Shown here: piece by piece, positions 19,186 through 28,403 of the stretch
Layout: each line of letters begins with the position of its first letter
How positions within the stretch are numbered: position 1 is the stretch's first letter
Assembly (NCBI GenBank): GCA_964457025.1
Contig: CAYWDK010000001.1
Location: 30,273-94,272 of the forward strand
Source: an uncultured Balneolaceae bacterium
GTDB lineage: Bacteria; Bacteroidota; Rhodothermia; Balneolales; Balneolaceae
Length of the DNA stretch: 64,000 nt
Direction of reading: 5' to 3'
Notes under the pieces: generated by a model
Database searches by the model: none
What the model was told of the DNA's origin: nothing
The model's input: only the letters and a program-made list of their open reading frames with translations
Translations under genes and position numbers: made by a program

Positions 19186-20433
19186 ATGCCGGACGCACTT
19201 AATACCATATCGGACAAAAAAGTAGACTTCAAGTCTATCCGAAAGGATTTCCCGGTTCTTGAAAGAACCGTAAAGGGAAATCCTTTGGTGTATCTGGACA
19301 ATGCCGCATCCAGCCAGATGCCAAAGCAGGTAGCCGACCGGATTGACCGCTATCACCGTGAGGAACATGCCAACGTACACCGTGGAATCCACACGCTGAG
19401 CCAGGAGGGAACTGATTTCTACGAGTCGACCCGGGAAAAGACCCGTGCCCTCATTAACGCCCGGCATCGTCACGAAATCATATACACCAGCGGTACCACT
19501 GATTCCATCAACCTTGTTGCCAACAGTTACGGGCGGACTTTCTTTGAAAATGGTGCAGAAATTATTCTTTCTGAGATAGAGCATCATGCCAACATCGTCC
19601 CATGGCAGATGATCGCCAAAGAGACCGGAGCAGTCATACGTGTGATACCGGTGAACGATGCCGGGGAGATTATTTGGGAAGAATATGTAAAGCTGCTAAG
19701 CGAAAAGACGGCCATGGTGGCTGTCGGGCACGTTTCCAATGCTTTGGGGACGATTAATCCAGTTAAGAGAATAATTTCTGAAGCCCATAAATACAATGTG
19801 CCGGTACTGATTGATGGGGCACAGGCCGTTCCTCACAGTGTAGTTGATGTGCAAGATTTGGATGCGGATTTCTATGCCTTTTCCGCCCATAAGATGTGTG
19901 GCCCGACCGGCTTCGGTATTCTATATGGCAAAGAAAATTACCTGGATAAGATGCCCCCGTACCGAGGCGGCGGCGATATGATTGACAAGGTTACTTTTGA
20001 AGAGACCACCTATAACAAGCTCCCTCATAAGTTTGAAGCAGGAACTCCTCCGATAGCAGCCGGCATCGGTTTCGGTGCGGCAATCGACTACCTTAATGAA
20101 ATCGGAATGGATGTTATTGCCAAGAGGGAAGAAGAGCTGGTGCGGTATGCTACCGAACAGCTGCTGGAGATTGAAGGCCTGCGGATTATCGGTACGTCCC
20201 CGGACAAAGCTTCTGTAGTATCGTTTGTAATTAATGGCATCCATGCTACCGATATTGGCACCATCCTTGACCAGCAGGGAATAGCCATTCGAACGGGCCA
20301 TCACTGTGCCCAACCAACCATGGAAAGGTTCGGCGTGCCCGGTACTGCGCGGGTATCCATTTCATTCTATAACAACAAGCAGGATATGGACAGATTGGTT
20401 GAAGGAGTGAAACAGGCCAAGGAATTTTTCTAG
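19186..20433 (+). CDS. sufS: Cysteine desulfurase SufS (class V aminotransferase, group II)
   Basis: 415 aa. It has the PLP-lysine motif SAHKMCGPTG and the catalytic Cys loop RTGHHCAQP. Confidence 0.96.
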   Translation: MPDALNTISDKKVDFKSIRKDFPVLERTVKGNPLVYLDNAASSQMPKQVADRIDRYHREEHANVHRGIHTLSQEGTDFYESTREKTRALINARHRHEIIYTSGTTDSINLVANSYGRTFFENGAEIILSEIEHHANIVPWQMIAKETGAVIRVIPVNDAGEIIWEEYVKLLSEKTAMVAVGHVSNALGTINPVKRIISEAHKYNVPVLIDGAQAVPHSVVDVQDLDADFYAFSAHKMCGPTGFGILYGKENYLDKMPPYRGGGDMIDKVTFEETTYNKLPHKFEAGTPPIAAGIGFGAAIDYLNEIGMDVIAKREEELVRYATEQLLEIEGLRIIGTSPDKASVVSFVINGIHATDIGTILDQQGIAIRTGHHCAQPTMERFGVPGTARVSISFYNNKQDMDRLVEGVKQAKEFF

Positions 20434-20529
20434 CGACCGAAGGGACTGATATGAAGTTTTACCGGAAACTATAATTTATTTATATTCGTTCTAAACAACG
20501 AAACAGAGAAAAATATAACGACATCTACT

Positions 20530-21081
20530 ATGCCCAAGATTAAGGAAATAGAAAGGACGCCCAACCCCGATGCCATGCGTTTTGTGCTTGGTGAATCTCT
20601 TACCAACGGCGTTACCAAATCGTATGAGAATGCCGGAGAAGCCGAGGGCGATGATCTTGCCTCATCACTTTTTGCCATCGATCACGTCATCAACGTCTAC
20701 TATGTAGACAAATATGTTACCGTTACACAGGATGGCAAAGCAGTATGGTCGGAGTTGCTTCGCCAGCTGGCACCACCCATCCGCGAAGCCAAGCCTCAAA
20801 CAGATGCCATAGAAGATGATGAAGTACACGCTACTAAAGAGGTTCAGGAGTCGGATGATCCACGCCTTATCGAGATCAATAAAATGCTCGACGAACAGGT
20901 ACGTCCCTACCTGCTAGCCGACGGTGGAGGCCTTAAGATTCTCGGCCTTGACGGAAACCGCTTGAAAGTACATTACCAGGGGGCTTGCGGAACATGTCCT
21001 ACAGCTACCTCAGGCACGCTTTATGCGATCGAAAGCATGGTTAAACGGATTGATCCCGAAATTCAAGTCGTATCTGTTTAA
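20530..21081 (+). CDS. Nfu-type Fe-S cluster carrier (Nfu_N domain plus NifU C-terminal domain)
   Basis: 183 aa. The N-terminus IERTPNPDAMRFVLGE is the Nfu_N signature. The C-terminal domain carries the CxxC motif (GACGTCPTA). Confidence 0.88.
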   Translation: MPKIKEIERTPNPDAMRFVLGESLTNGVTKSYENAGEAEGDDLASSLFAIDHVINVYYVDKYVTVTQDGKAVWSELLRQLAPPIREAKPQTDAIEDDEVHATKEVQESDDPRLIEINKMLDEQVRPYLLADGGGLKILGLDGNRLKVHYQGACGTCPTATSGTLYAIESMVKRIDPEIQVVSV

Positions 21082-21098
21082 TCGGAAATTAAGCAATT

Positions 21099-21437
21099 AT
21101 GTCTATTACCATCAGTGACAGGGCAGCCCAGCGCATCAATCAAATCAGGGAAGAGAAGCATATCCCTGAGGATGCAAAGTTGCGCGTAGGTGTCGTAAGC
21201 GGCGGCTGTTCCGGGCTGACGTATGAGTTAGATTTTGACCAGCAAGAGCCCGACCAGTCGCAGAAAGATCAGTTGTTTGAAGATAATGGCATAAGGCTTA
21301 TCGTCGATATGAGAAGCTTTCTTTACCTCTCAGGAACCCAGCTTGATTACACCGAGGGACTGGAAGGGCAGGGTTTTCATTTCCACAATCCCAACGCCTC
21401 CCGAACTTGTTCCTGCGGCGAATCTTTTTCGGTATAG
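21099..21437 (+). CDS. A-type Fe-S cluster insertion/carrier protein (IscA/SufA/ErpA family)
   Basis: 112 aa with the three conserved Cys residues (GGCSGL ... CSCGESF) and the usual C-terminus. Confidence 0.92.
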   Translation: MSITISDRAAQRINQIREEKHIPEDAKLRVGVVSGGCSGLTYELDFDQQEPDQSQKDQLFEDNGIRLIVDMRSFLYLSGTQLDYTEGLEGQGFHFHNPNASRTCSCGESFSV

Positions 21438-21441
21438 TATT

Positions 21442-21963
21442 ATGGCTACCCAGGAAGGCGAAATAGTTAATAAGGTCAAACAGTCGAAGAAACTCATTAC
21501 TTTCGACCTGCAGGAGTACTATGATGAAACTCCGATCGCCGAACTGGACCTCAAAGACTTCCTTTTTGAAGGACTGGTACTTAAAGAGAAGGAATTCAGG
21601 GAGCAGCTCGAAAATCACGATTGGGAGCAATACCGGGATGCTTACCTTACGGTTTACTGTTCGACGGATGCAATCATTTCAAAATGGGCCTATATGCTTG
21701 TAGCACAACACGCTGCGCCTTATACCAAAGATGTCTTCAAGGGCCGGAAGAAAGACATACTTTTTGAACTCTACCGCAGGAAACTCCAGGAAATTGACTG
21801 GCAAGAGTACGAGGGCAAATTCGTCATTCTCAAGGGATGCAGCAGCAAAGAAAAACCGGTACCGGAAAGCGTATATCTCTATGCGACCAACAAGCTCGTC
21901 CCTCATGTCAAAAAACTGATGTATGGCGAGGCCTGCTCCAACGTGCCGGTATACCGGGGGTAA
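21442..21963 (+). CDS. Conserved hypothetical protein trailing the suf operon (possibly DUF2480-type)
   Basis: 173 aa from ATG 21442 (MATQEGEIVNKV...). The supplied ORF start at 21343 overlaps the previous gene and looks like read-through. From memory, similar small proteins follow suf genes in Bacteroidota. This needs an HMM check. Confidence 0.55.
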   Translation: MATQEGEIVNKVKQSKKLITFDLQEYYDETPIAELDLKDFLFEGLVLKEKEFREQLENHDWEQYRDAYLTVYCSTDAIISKWAYMLVAQHAAPYTKDVFKGRKKDILFELYRRKLQEIDWQEYEGKFVILKGCSSKEKPVPESVYLYATNKLVPHVKKLMYGEACSNVPVYRG

Positions 21964-22045
21964 TTCTTACTCTTCGATTCAGCTCTTCTTCTTTATTGAA
22001 AACCGGCATGCCCTGTATTAACTTCACCTCTAAAAGAAGCTTACT

Positions 22046-22789
22046 ATGGACAATACACATACCTTCGCCCTTGTCACAGGGGCCTCACGTGGAATCGGAA
22101 AATCCATAACCCAGATACTGCTCGACAATGGCGCCAAGGTTATAGGCACGGCCCGAAGTTCCGCATTTCCCGATTCTTTTATTACCGATGTCAATTTTGA
22201 GGGGATGCATGTAGACCTTTCAGATCCCGGGCAAATTGAAGAAAATATCAGGCCTGTATTTGAGAGGGATAAAGCGCCTAATGTACTGGTTAACAATGCG
22301 GGAATATTTTTGGAGAGCGGTTTTGAAAAAGATGACCAAAGCTGGCTGGCAAGCTGGGACAAGACCATGCAGGTTAACCTCAGGGCTACCGCAATTCTCT
22401 CAAAATGGGCGCTGAACCGGTGGAAAGAAGAGGGCGGAGGGTTACTTATTAATATTGCATCGCGTGCGGCTTATCGAGGAGATACACAGGAATACGCCGC
22501 CTATGCCGCCTCAAAAGGAGGGATGGTGGCCTTCACCAAAAGCATTGCCCGCGATTTCGGCCAAGATGGAATATCAGCTTATTCCATAGCTCCCGGCTTT
22601 ATTAAAACAGATATGGCAATGGATTCCATCGAGGTGTATGGAGAAGAATATCTCACTGATGGAATGGCCTTTGACGAGATTACGTCTCCCGAAGAGGTGG
22701 GGGAGCTGGTAGCATTTCTTGCAAGTGGAAAAGTACCACATATGACCGGTGCGACTTTCCACATCAACGGCGGCTCCTATATGATTTGA
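22046..22789 (+). CDS. Short-chain dehydrogenase/reductase (SDR) family oxidoreductase
   Basis: 247 aa with TGASRGIG (cofactor binding), NNAG and the catalytic YAASK (YxxxK). Confidence 0.88.
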   Translation: MDNTHTFALVTGASRGIGKSITQILLDNGAKVIGTARSSAFPDSFITDVNFEGMHVDLSDPGQIEENIRPVFERDKAPNVLVNNAGIFLESGFEKDDQSWLASWDKTMQVNLRATAILSKWALNRWKEEGGGLLINIASRAAYRGDTQEYAAYAASKGGMVAFTKSIARDFGQDGISAYSIAPGFIKTDMAMDSIEVYGEEYLTDGMAFDEITSPEEVGELVAFLASGKVPHMTGATFHINGGSYMI

Positions 22790-22791
22790 CT

Positions 22792-23316
22792 ATGACCGAT
22801 TCCATTTCAAAGTCTACCGGTATTCAGGATTTCAGGATCCGCCAGGCCGGGGAGAAAGATATCGCTCTTATTCTGGAATTTATCAGGGAGCTCGCCCGCT
22901 ATGAGAAGCTCGAAGATGAAGTGACCGCTACCGAAGAACTGTTAAAGCAGAACCTCTTCGGCAAGCGCCGGCATGCCGAAGTCATTATCGGCGAGTACCA
23001 CTCCGAAGCCGTGGCATTCGCTCTTTACTTCCACAACTTTTCGACTTTTCTGGCAAAGCCCGGAATCTATTTGGAAGATTTATATGTTAGAGAGAGCGTA
23101 AGAGGCAAAGGTATTGGTAAAACCATGCTGACCTATCTCGCCCGCCTGGCCGTCCGGAGAGGGTGCGGCAGGGTAGAATGGTGGGTATTGGACTGGAACA
23201 GCCCTGCAATAGATTTTTATGAACGGCTCGGTGCAACTGCCATGGATGAGTGGACCGTTTACCGCCTTAGCGGGGAAAAGCTTGAAGAGCTAGCTCAACA
23301 GTTTGGAAATCGATAA
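22792..23316 (+). CDS. GNAT-family N-acetyltransferase (diamine/SSAT-like)
   Basis: It carries the acetyl-CoA motif VRGKGIGKTML. The overall pattern (IRQAGEKDIALILEFIRELARYEKL) resembles SSAT-like GNATs. I prefer ATG 22792. The track start, TTG 22786, overlaps the SDR stop. Confidence 0.82.
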   Translation: MTDSISKSTGIQDFRIRQAGEKDIALILEFIRELARYEKLEDEVTATEELLKQNLFGKRRHAEVIIGEYHSEAVAFALYFHNFSTFLAKPGIYLEDLYVRESVRGKGIGKTMLTYLARLAVRRGCGRVEWWVLDWNSPAIDFYERLGATAMDEWTVYRLSGEKLEELAQQFGNR

Positions 23317-23328
23317 TCAATATGCAGT

Positions 23329-24369
23329 ATGTCCATTAAGGAACGAAAAAAAGACCATATAAAGCTTACTGTTTCGGGGGAAGCAGAGTATGAACAGGCT
23401 ACCGGTTTTGAACAGCTGCATTTTATTCACAATGCTCTTCCGGAAACGAATATTTCTGAGATCTCAACAGAGGCCGGACTGTTGGGCAGAACTTTTTCGT
23501 TTCCTCTTTTTATCTCATCCATGACCGGTGGTTATACCGATGCCGGTTCGGTCAATGCCGTCATCGCTGAATTTTGTGAGAGTTACAAACTTCCTTTCGG
23601 AGTCGGCAGCCAACGCGTTATGCTTGAAGAGCCAGACAGTATACCGACCTTCTCCATCGTACGGGAGAAAGCTCCATCGGCATTTATAGCATCCAACATT
23701 GGAGGAGCCCAGCTGGCCGGCGGCCTCTCAGCCGAAAACCTCAATTTGCTTGTTGACAGCATCGAAGCTGATGCGGTGATTGTACACCTGAATCCCCTGC
23801 AGGAACTGATGCAGCCAGAAGGCGACCGGAACTTCAAAGGGATTGAAGAAGGAATTCATAAACTGGTGAAAGAGAGCCCCGTTCCTGTCATTGTCAAAGA
23901 GACAGGAGCGGGTATCTCAGGTGAAGTAGCCGAACGGTTGCTCGAAGCCGGCGTTAAAGTTATCGATACAGCAGGGGCGGGCGGCACCAGCTGGTCGAAA
24001 GTTGAAAATATGAGAAAGGAGCCTCCAGTTTCAGATGGGTCCGATGAAATATTTAATGAATGGGGGATACCTACGGTTGAAAGTATCCGTCAGACAGCAC
24101 TGCTTAAAGATGATTTTAATTTTGAATTGATAGGTTCGGGGGGTATACGCAGCAGCTTCGACATCGCCAAAGCTATTTGCCTTGGAGCCGACTTTGCGGC
24201 TTCCGCACAGCCGGTTATTAAAGCGGTAACTGAAGAAGGGTATGAAGGCCTCGAAAAACTCTACGAAAAGTGGCGTAAGGAACTTAAAATAATACTTAGC
24301 CTGTTAGGCTGCGAACAGTTGAACGAACTGTCCGCACAGCATCTTTATCAGGGCAACTTCAGTACATAG
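23329..24369 (+). CDS. fni: Type 2 (FMN-dependent) isopentenyl-diphosphate delta-isomerase
   Basis: 346 aa. The N-terminus is RKKDHIKL. ISSMTGG, GVGSQR, VKETGAG, GAGGTSW and GSGGIRS follow in the order expected for IDI-2. Confidence 0.92.
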   Translation: MSIKERKKDHIKLTVSGEAEYEQATGFEQLHFIHNALPETNISEISTEAGLLGRTFSFPLFISSMTGGYTDAGSVNAVIAEFCESYKLPFGVGSQRVMLEEPDSIPTFSIVREKAPSAFIASNIGGAQLAGGLSAENLNLLVDSIEADAVIVHLNPLQELMQPEGDRNFKGIEEGIHKLVKESPVPVIVKETGAGISGEVAERLLEAGVKVIDTAGAGGTSWSKVENMRKEPPVSDGSDEIFNEWGIPTVESIRQTALLKDDFNFELIGSGGIRSSFDIAKAICLGADFAASAQPVIKAVTEEGYEGLEKLYEKWRKELKIILSLLGCEQLNELSAQHLYQGNFST

Positions 24370-24424
24370 CATCTTCAGCTAAAATGCTTATATTTGCCCT
24401 TTCGTAAAAACTCAGCAGACCAGA

Positions 24425-25426
24425 GTGATCACCACAAAGATACAACAGGAACTTACCGATCTTGTAGAAGAGGAACTGCAGAAGCTCCATCTGCCCGAGA
24501 AACCTTTTTCTCTCTATGAACCTGTGAGATATACCCTTTCATTAGGCGGAAAGCGAGTTCGCCCTTACTTCACCCTGGTAGCTTGCGGTATGAGCGGCGG
24601 CGATCCCCGGGAAGCTATGCCTGCCGCGATGGCAATCGAGCTTCTTCACAATTTTACCCTGCTTCACGACGATATTATGGATGCTGCCGACACCCGTCGG
24701 GGCAAAGACAGTGTATACAAGAAGTGGGATACGTCAACGGCCATACTTTCCGGCGATGCGATGTATGCCTGGGCGTTCGAACAGCTTCAGTATTACGGAT
24801 CGAAGGATGCTTACGGCAAGGAGCAGTATGAGCAGATCATTTCTATCTTTTTGAGCTGTGCGAGACTTGTCTGTGAAGGGCAGGCGTATGATCTTGAGTT
24901 CCAAGACCGGGACAACGTTACTATTGAGGAATACCTGAATATGATTAGGGGAAAGACCGGTGCCTTGATCAGCGGTTCCTTCCGTCTGGGCGGTGCCGTA
25001 GCAGGAGCGGGATCCCGGGAGATTGAAGAACTGGGTCTGATCGGCAATGAAGTAGGAACTGCTTTTCAGATACAGGATGATCTGCTGGATGTTATTGCGG
25101 AACCTTCAAAGTTCGGAAAGAAGAAAGGCGGAGATATTGAAGAAAGAAAGAAAACATATCTGTCGATCTTATCGTTACAGCTAGCAGAGAATGAAGAAGC
25201 TGAATATCTGCATTCGATATTTAACAATAAAAACGAGATCATAAGGCCCGAAGAAATCGACAAGGTTATTTCACTGTACGATTCGCTGGGGATTATTGAG
25301 AAAACCTCCGCTGCCGTGGAACACCATTACAATAATGCGTTGCAGCATCTTGATTCCCTGACCGAATCGGAATACAAAGAAGACCTTGAAGGCTTCCTAA
25401 GCAACTTAATTAATCGAGAATACTGA
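24425..25426 (+). CDS. Polyprenyl (geranylgeranyl/farnesyl) diphosphate synthase
   Basis: 333 aa with a GTG start. The first Asp-rich motif is LLHDDIMD and the second is FQIQDDLLD. Confidence 0.92.
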   Translation: MITTKIQQELTDLVEEELQKLHLPEKPFSLYEPVRYTLSLGGKRVRPYFTLVACGMSGGDPREAMPAAMAIELLHNFTLLHDDIMDAADTRRGKDSVYKKWDTSTAILSGDAMYAWAFEQLQYYGSKDAYGKEQYEQIISIFLSCARLVCEGQAYDLEFQDRDNVTIEEYLNMIRGKTGALISGSFRLGGAVAGAGSREIEELGLIGNEVGTAFQIQDDLLDVIAEPSKFGKKKGGDIEERKKTYLSILSLQLAENEEAEYLHSIFNNKNEIIRPEEIDKVISLYDSLGIIEKTSAAVEHHYNNALQHLDSLTESEYKEDLEGFLSNLINREY

Positions 25427-25444
25427 AATCTGTAATATAATAGA

Positions 25445-26299
25445 ATGAGTCAATTACTAAACCGAAACGCTACTACATTACTGGTACTTCTGCTTATCGT
25501 CATTTCAGGGATGTCCTGTGCACGCAAAGATTTGATTCAACCGGGCGACACCCTTCAAGAAGCTTTTAACAAAGCCATGGCCCAGTATCAAAAGGAGAAC
25601 TATCGTGAAGCGGCCAGCGCTTTTGAAACTGTAATTCGTATCGGTAGAGGATCCGATTATGGACAGGAGGCCCAGTATTTTCTGGCGGAATCGTACTTCA
25701 ACAGCAACAGGTTTCTGTTAGCTGCGGCAGAATATGAACGCTACAGCACTCTTTTCCCAAGGTCACCGAAACGGCCGGAAGCCGACTTCAAGGAAGCCCT
25801 CAGCTATTACAATATGAGTCCGAGATACCGCCTCGACCAGAAGTACACCCGGAGGGCGATTGAAAAATTTCGGCTCTACAACTCCCGCTATCCCCAATCG
25901 GACAGGGTAGAGGAAGCCGCGCAATATATATCCGAAATGCGCACCAAGCTTGCACACAAGCTTTATGGAGCAGCTGATCTCTATATGAGGACCGATCGCT
26001 ATGAAGCCGCCATCATCTATTATGACCTGATCATTGATCGCTATCCCGAAACCGCATGGGCGGAACGAGCCCTGGTTGACGAAATCAATGCCTATGTTAC
26101 CTATGCGGGTCGAAGTATCCAATCGAAACAGCGTGAACGCTACCAGCAAGCCGTTGCCACTTATGAAAAGTATCTGCAGTTATTCCCCAACGGCAAGAAC
26201 CGTTCGGAGGCGGAATCTTACGTCGATGAAGCCCGTGGCGCACTAGCCGATTTAGGCCCGCCATCCAGCAGTTCTACCGGTTCCACATCCAACCGGTAA
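25445..26299 (+). CDS. bamD: Outer membrane protein assembly factor BamD (YfiO-type TPR lipoprotein)
   Basis: 284 aa with a lipoprotein signal (VISGMSC). TPR-like repeats show the BamD-type pattern (YQKENYREAASAFE..., AQYFLAESYF, YPQSDRVEEA, YPETAWAERA). Confidence 0.85.
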   Translation: MSQLLNRNATTLLVLLLIVISGMSCARKDLIQPGDTLQEAFNKAMAQYQKENYREAASAFETVIRIGRGSDYGQEAQYFLAESYFNSNRFLLAAAEYERYSTLFPRSPKRPEADFKEALSYYNMSPRYRLDQKYTRRAIEKFRLYNSRYPQSDRVEEAAQYISEMRTKLAHKLYGAADLYMRTDRYEAAIIYYDLIIDRYPETAWAERALVDEINAYVTYAGRSIQSKQRERYQQAVATYEKYLQLFPNGKNRSEAESYVDEARGALADLGPPSSSSTGSTSNR

Positions 26300-26300
26300 T

Positions 26301-26891
26301 ATGCATTCCGATGAAAAATCTATAGGTATTTTCAGCGGTACCTTCGATCCCGTACACAGGGGACACCAAGCTGCCGCCGCATCTTATAACAGGAGCCCCT
26401 TAATAGATGAACTGTGGGTTCTGCCGACACCGCAACCGCCTAATAAAAAGCAACGAAAGCTCACAGCCTTCAGTCACCGGCTGAAAATGCTGGAGATAGC
26501 CTTTCGGAATGTTGAGAATGTGGTCGTTTCTGACCTGGAACAGTCCCTTCCTACACCATCCTATACCATTCAGACCATACACCACATCAGGAACGAATAT
26601 CCAGCCTATAAACTATTCCTCTGTATTGGCGAAGATTCCCTGGCCGGTTTTACCGAGTGGTACCGGTGGGAAGATATCCTGGATGAGTGCCAATTATTGG
26701 TTGCCAGCCGTCCTTCGGCGGACTCAAGCCGGCTCGGCTCGCAACTGAAACAAAAAGTCCACTTTGCAGATCACAAACCGGTAGCTGTCTCTTCTTCAGA
26801 TATAAGGGAAAAAATTGCCGAGGGGGTAGTCACTGATGACATCACACCGGATGTAGCATCTTATATTAAAGAACATAACCTCTACACATAG
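26301..26891 (+). CDS. nadD: Nicotinate-nucleotide adenylyltransferase
   Basis: 196 aa with GTFDPVHRGH (nucleotidyltransferase HxGH-type motif) and the C-terminal VSSSDIREK motif. Confidence 0.9.
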   Translation: MHSDEKSIGIFSGTFDPVHRGHQAAAASYNRSPLIDELWVLPTPQPPNKKQRKLTAFSHRLKMLEIAFRNVENVVVSDLEQSLPTPSYTIQTIHHIRNEYPAYKLFLCIGEDSLAGFTEWYRWEDILDECQLLVASRPSADSSRLGSQLKQKVHFADHKPVAVSSSDIREKIAEGVVTDDITPDVASYIKEHNLYT

Positions 26892-26899
26892 ATTTTGTT

Positions 26900-27931
26900 A
26901 TGGAATGGAAGCGGAAAGAATTTATTAAGGCATTGGGCTTAAGTGGATTAGCCACTTTTTTTAATACCGGTTTTAGTTATCCGGAAAGCAATTTCCCTGC
27001 GCTCCTGAAGCCTCCACGCCTTAAGGAGGGAGGCACGATCGGCCTAATCAGTCCCGCAAGTTCACTGGCGCCTCCGCTGACATATGAAGAGGTTATTGGG
27101 TCGATAAAGGAGCTAGGCTTCAAAGTTAAGCTTGGAGAACATTACAGAGACAGCTACGGAGACATGGCAGGTACCGACGAAGCCCGGGCTTCTGATCTTA
27201 ACAGCATGTTTTCGGATCCTGAAGTAGATGCCATCATGCCTTTCAGGGGCGGTTGGGGATCTAACCGCATACTGGATCTGGTCGATTTCGAAACCATCCG
27301 CCAAAATCCAAAGCCGCTGATCGGTTTCAGCGATATAACTTCATTATTGTTGTCCATTTATGCCAAAACGGGCCTTATTACCTTTCACGGGCCCGTAGCC
27401 AAATCCACTTGGAGCGACTTTACACTGTCACACTTTAAGAGAGCCGTGATGGGAAGCGAAACTTTCAGTATGAAAAGGCCCGATGATTACCAGGGGCAAT
27501 TCTTTACGATTACCAATGGGAACGCCACCGGCAAGCTCCTGGGAGGAAATCTAACGGTACTCACCTCTATGCTGGGTTCTGAGTATTTGCCCGATTGGGA
27601 GGGAAGTATTCTGTTCGTAGAAGATGTAGGAGAAGATGTGTACCGAATAGACCGTATGCTTACCCAATTGGGATTAAATGGAATCCTATCGCAGTTAAAT
27701 GGGTTTATATTTGGTGATTGTACCGATTGTAATAAAGGAACCGCAAATAGCCACAGCTTGGAACAAGTTCTTGCAGATCACATTAAACCAATGAAGATAC
27801 CCGCTTTCTATGGTTCTATGATCGGTCATATAGACGATATGTTCTCCATCCCAGTAGGAATTGAAGCATCTATGAATGCGGGGAAAGGGACGTTGACATT
27901 GCTCGAAGTTCCTACTTCCGCTAAGTCATAA
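26900..27931 (+). CDS. LD-carboxypeptidase (peptidase S66) with an export-signal-like N-terminus
   Basis: 343 aa with the nucleophile elbow GFSDITSL and the C-terminal His region GSMIGHIDD. The N-terminus MEWKRKEFIKALGLSGLATFF resembles a Tat-type signal with KRK in place of RR. Confidence 0.85.
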   Translation: MEWKRKEFIKALGLSGLATFFNTGFSYPESNFPALLKPPRLKEGGTIGLISPASSLAPPLTYEEVIGSIKELGFKVKLGEHYRDSYGDMAGTDEARASDLNSMFSDPEVDAIMPFRGGWGSNRILDLVDFETIRQNPKPLIGFSDITSLLLSIYAKTGLITFHGPVAKSTWSDFTLSHFKRAVMGSETFSMKRPDDYQGQFFTITNGNATGKLLGGNLTVLTSMLGSEYLPDWEGSILFVEDVGEDVYRIDRMLTQLGLNGILSQLNGFIFGDCTDCNKGTANSHSLEQVLADHIKPMKIPAFYGSMIGHIDDMFSIPVGIEASMNAGKGTLTLLEVPTSAKS

Positions 27932-27966
27932 ATCATCACAAGGCTAATAAAAATCCATTATTAACC

Positions 27967-28398
27967 ATGAAAAAAGTTACTTATTTATTCGCATTGATTA
28001 TAACCGCGGTGGCATTTACCGCTTGTTCAGGAACCAAAGCGGTTTCAACCAGTCCCGGTGCTATTCAGGGAGATTGGGAGCTGACTTCTATGAACAATAA
28101 TGATATGAGCGGTGAAAGCAACTATACCTTAAGCTTTAATACTGATGGAACCGTCGCCGGTAAAGCAAATTGCAATTATTTTGCAGGCGAGTATGACGCA
28201 CAGCAGGAAGGGATGGTAAGTTTCTCAGGACTCTCTTCTACTAAAGCGACATGCCAGTCCGGCCCGGACGCCAGCGAATATATTTCAGCGCTGAAGAATA
28301 CAGAATCATTTGAAGTTCGGGAAGGCAACCGCTTAATTCTAAATACTGCAAACGGCCAGTTGATATTTAATAAGAGCATGATGGAAAACGAATCATAA
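27967..28398 (+). CDS. META-domain lipoprotein (HslJ-like)
   Basis: 143 aa with the lipobox AFTACSG. The META-like pattern is GDWELTSMNN...SFNTDGTVAGKANCNYFAGEY. Confidence 0.78.
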   Translation: MKKVTYLFALIITAVAFTACSGTKAVSTSPGAIQGDWELTSMNNNDMSGESNYTLSFNTDGTVAGKANCNYFAGEYDAQQEGMVSFSGLSSTKATCQSGPDASEYISALKNTESFEVREGNRLILNTANGQLIFNKSMMENES

Positions 28399-28403
28399 GC
28401 TGT

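Noticed and set aside
22046-23316. SDR and GNAT genes with overlapping stop and start, considered as a possible GNAT toxin module
   Set aside because: There is no small antitoxin-like (RHH/Xre) partner. The GNAT resembles SSAT-type metabolic acetyltransferases rather than tRNA-acetylating toxins. The adjacency looks like ordinary operon packing.
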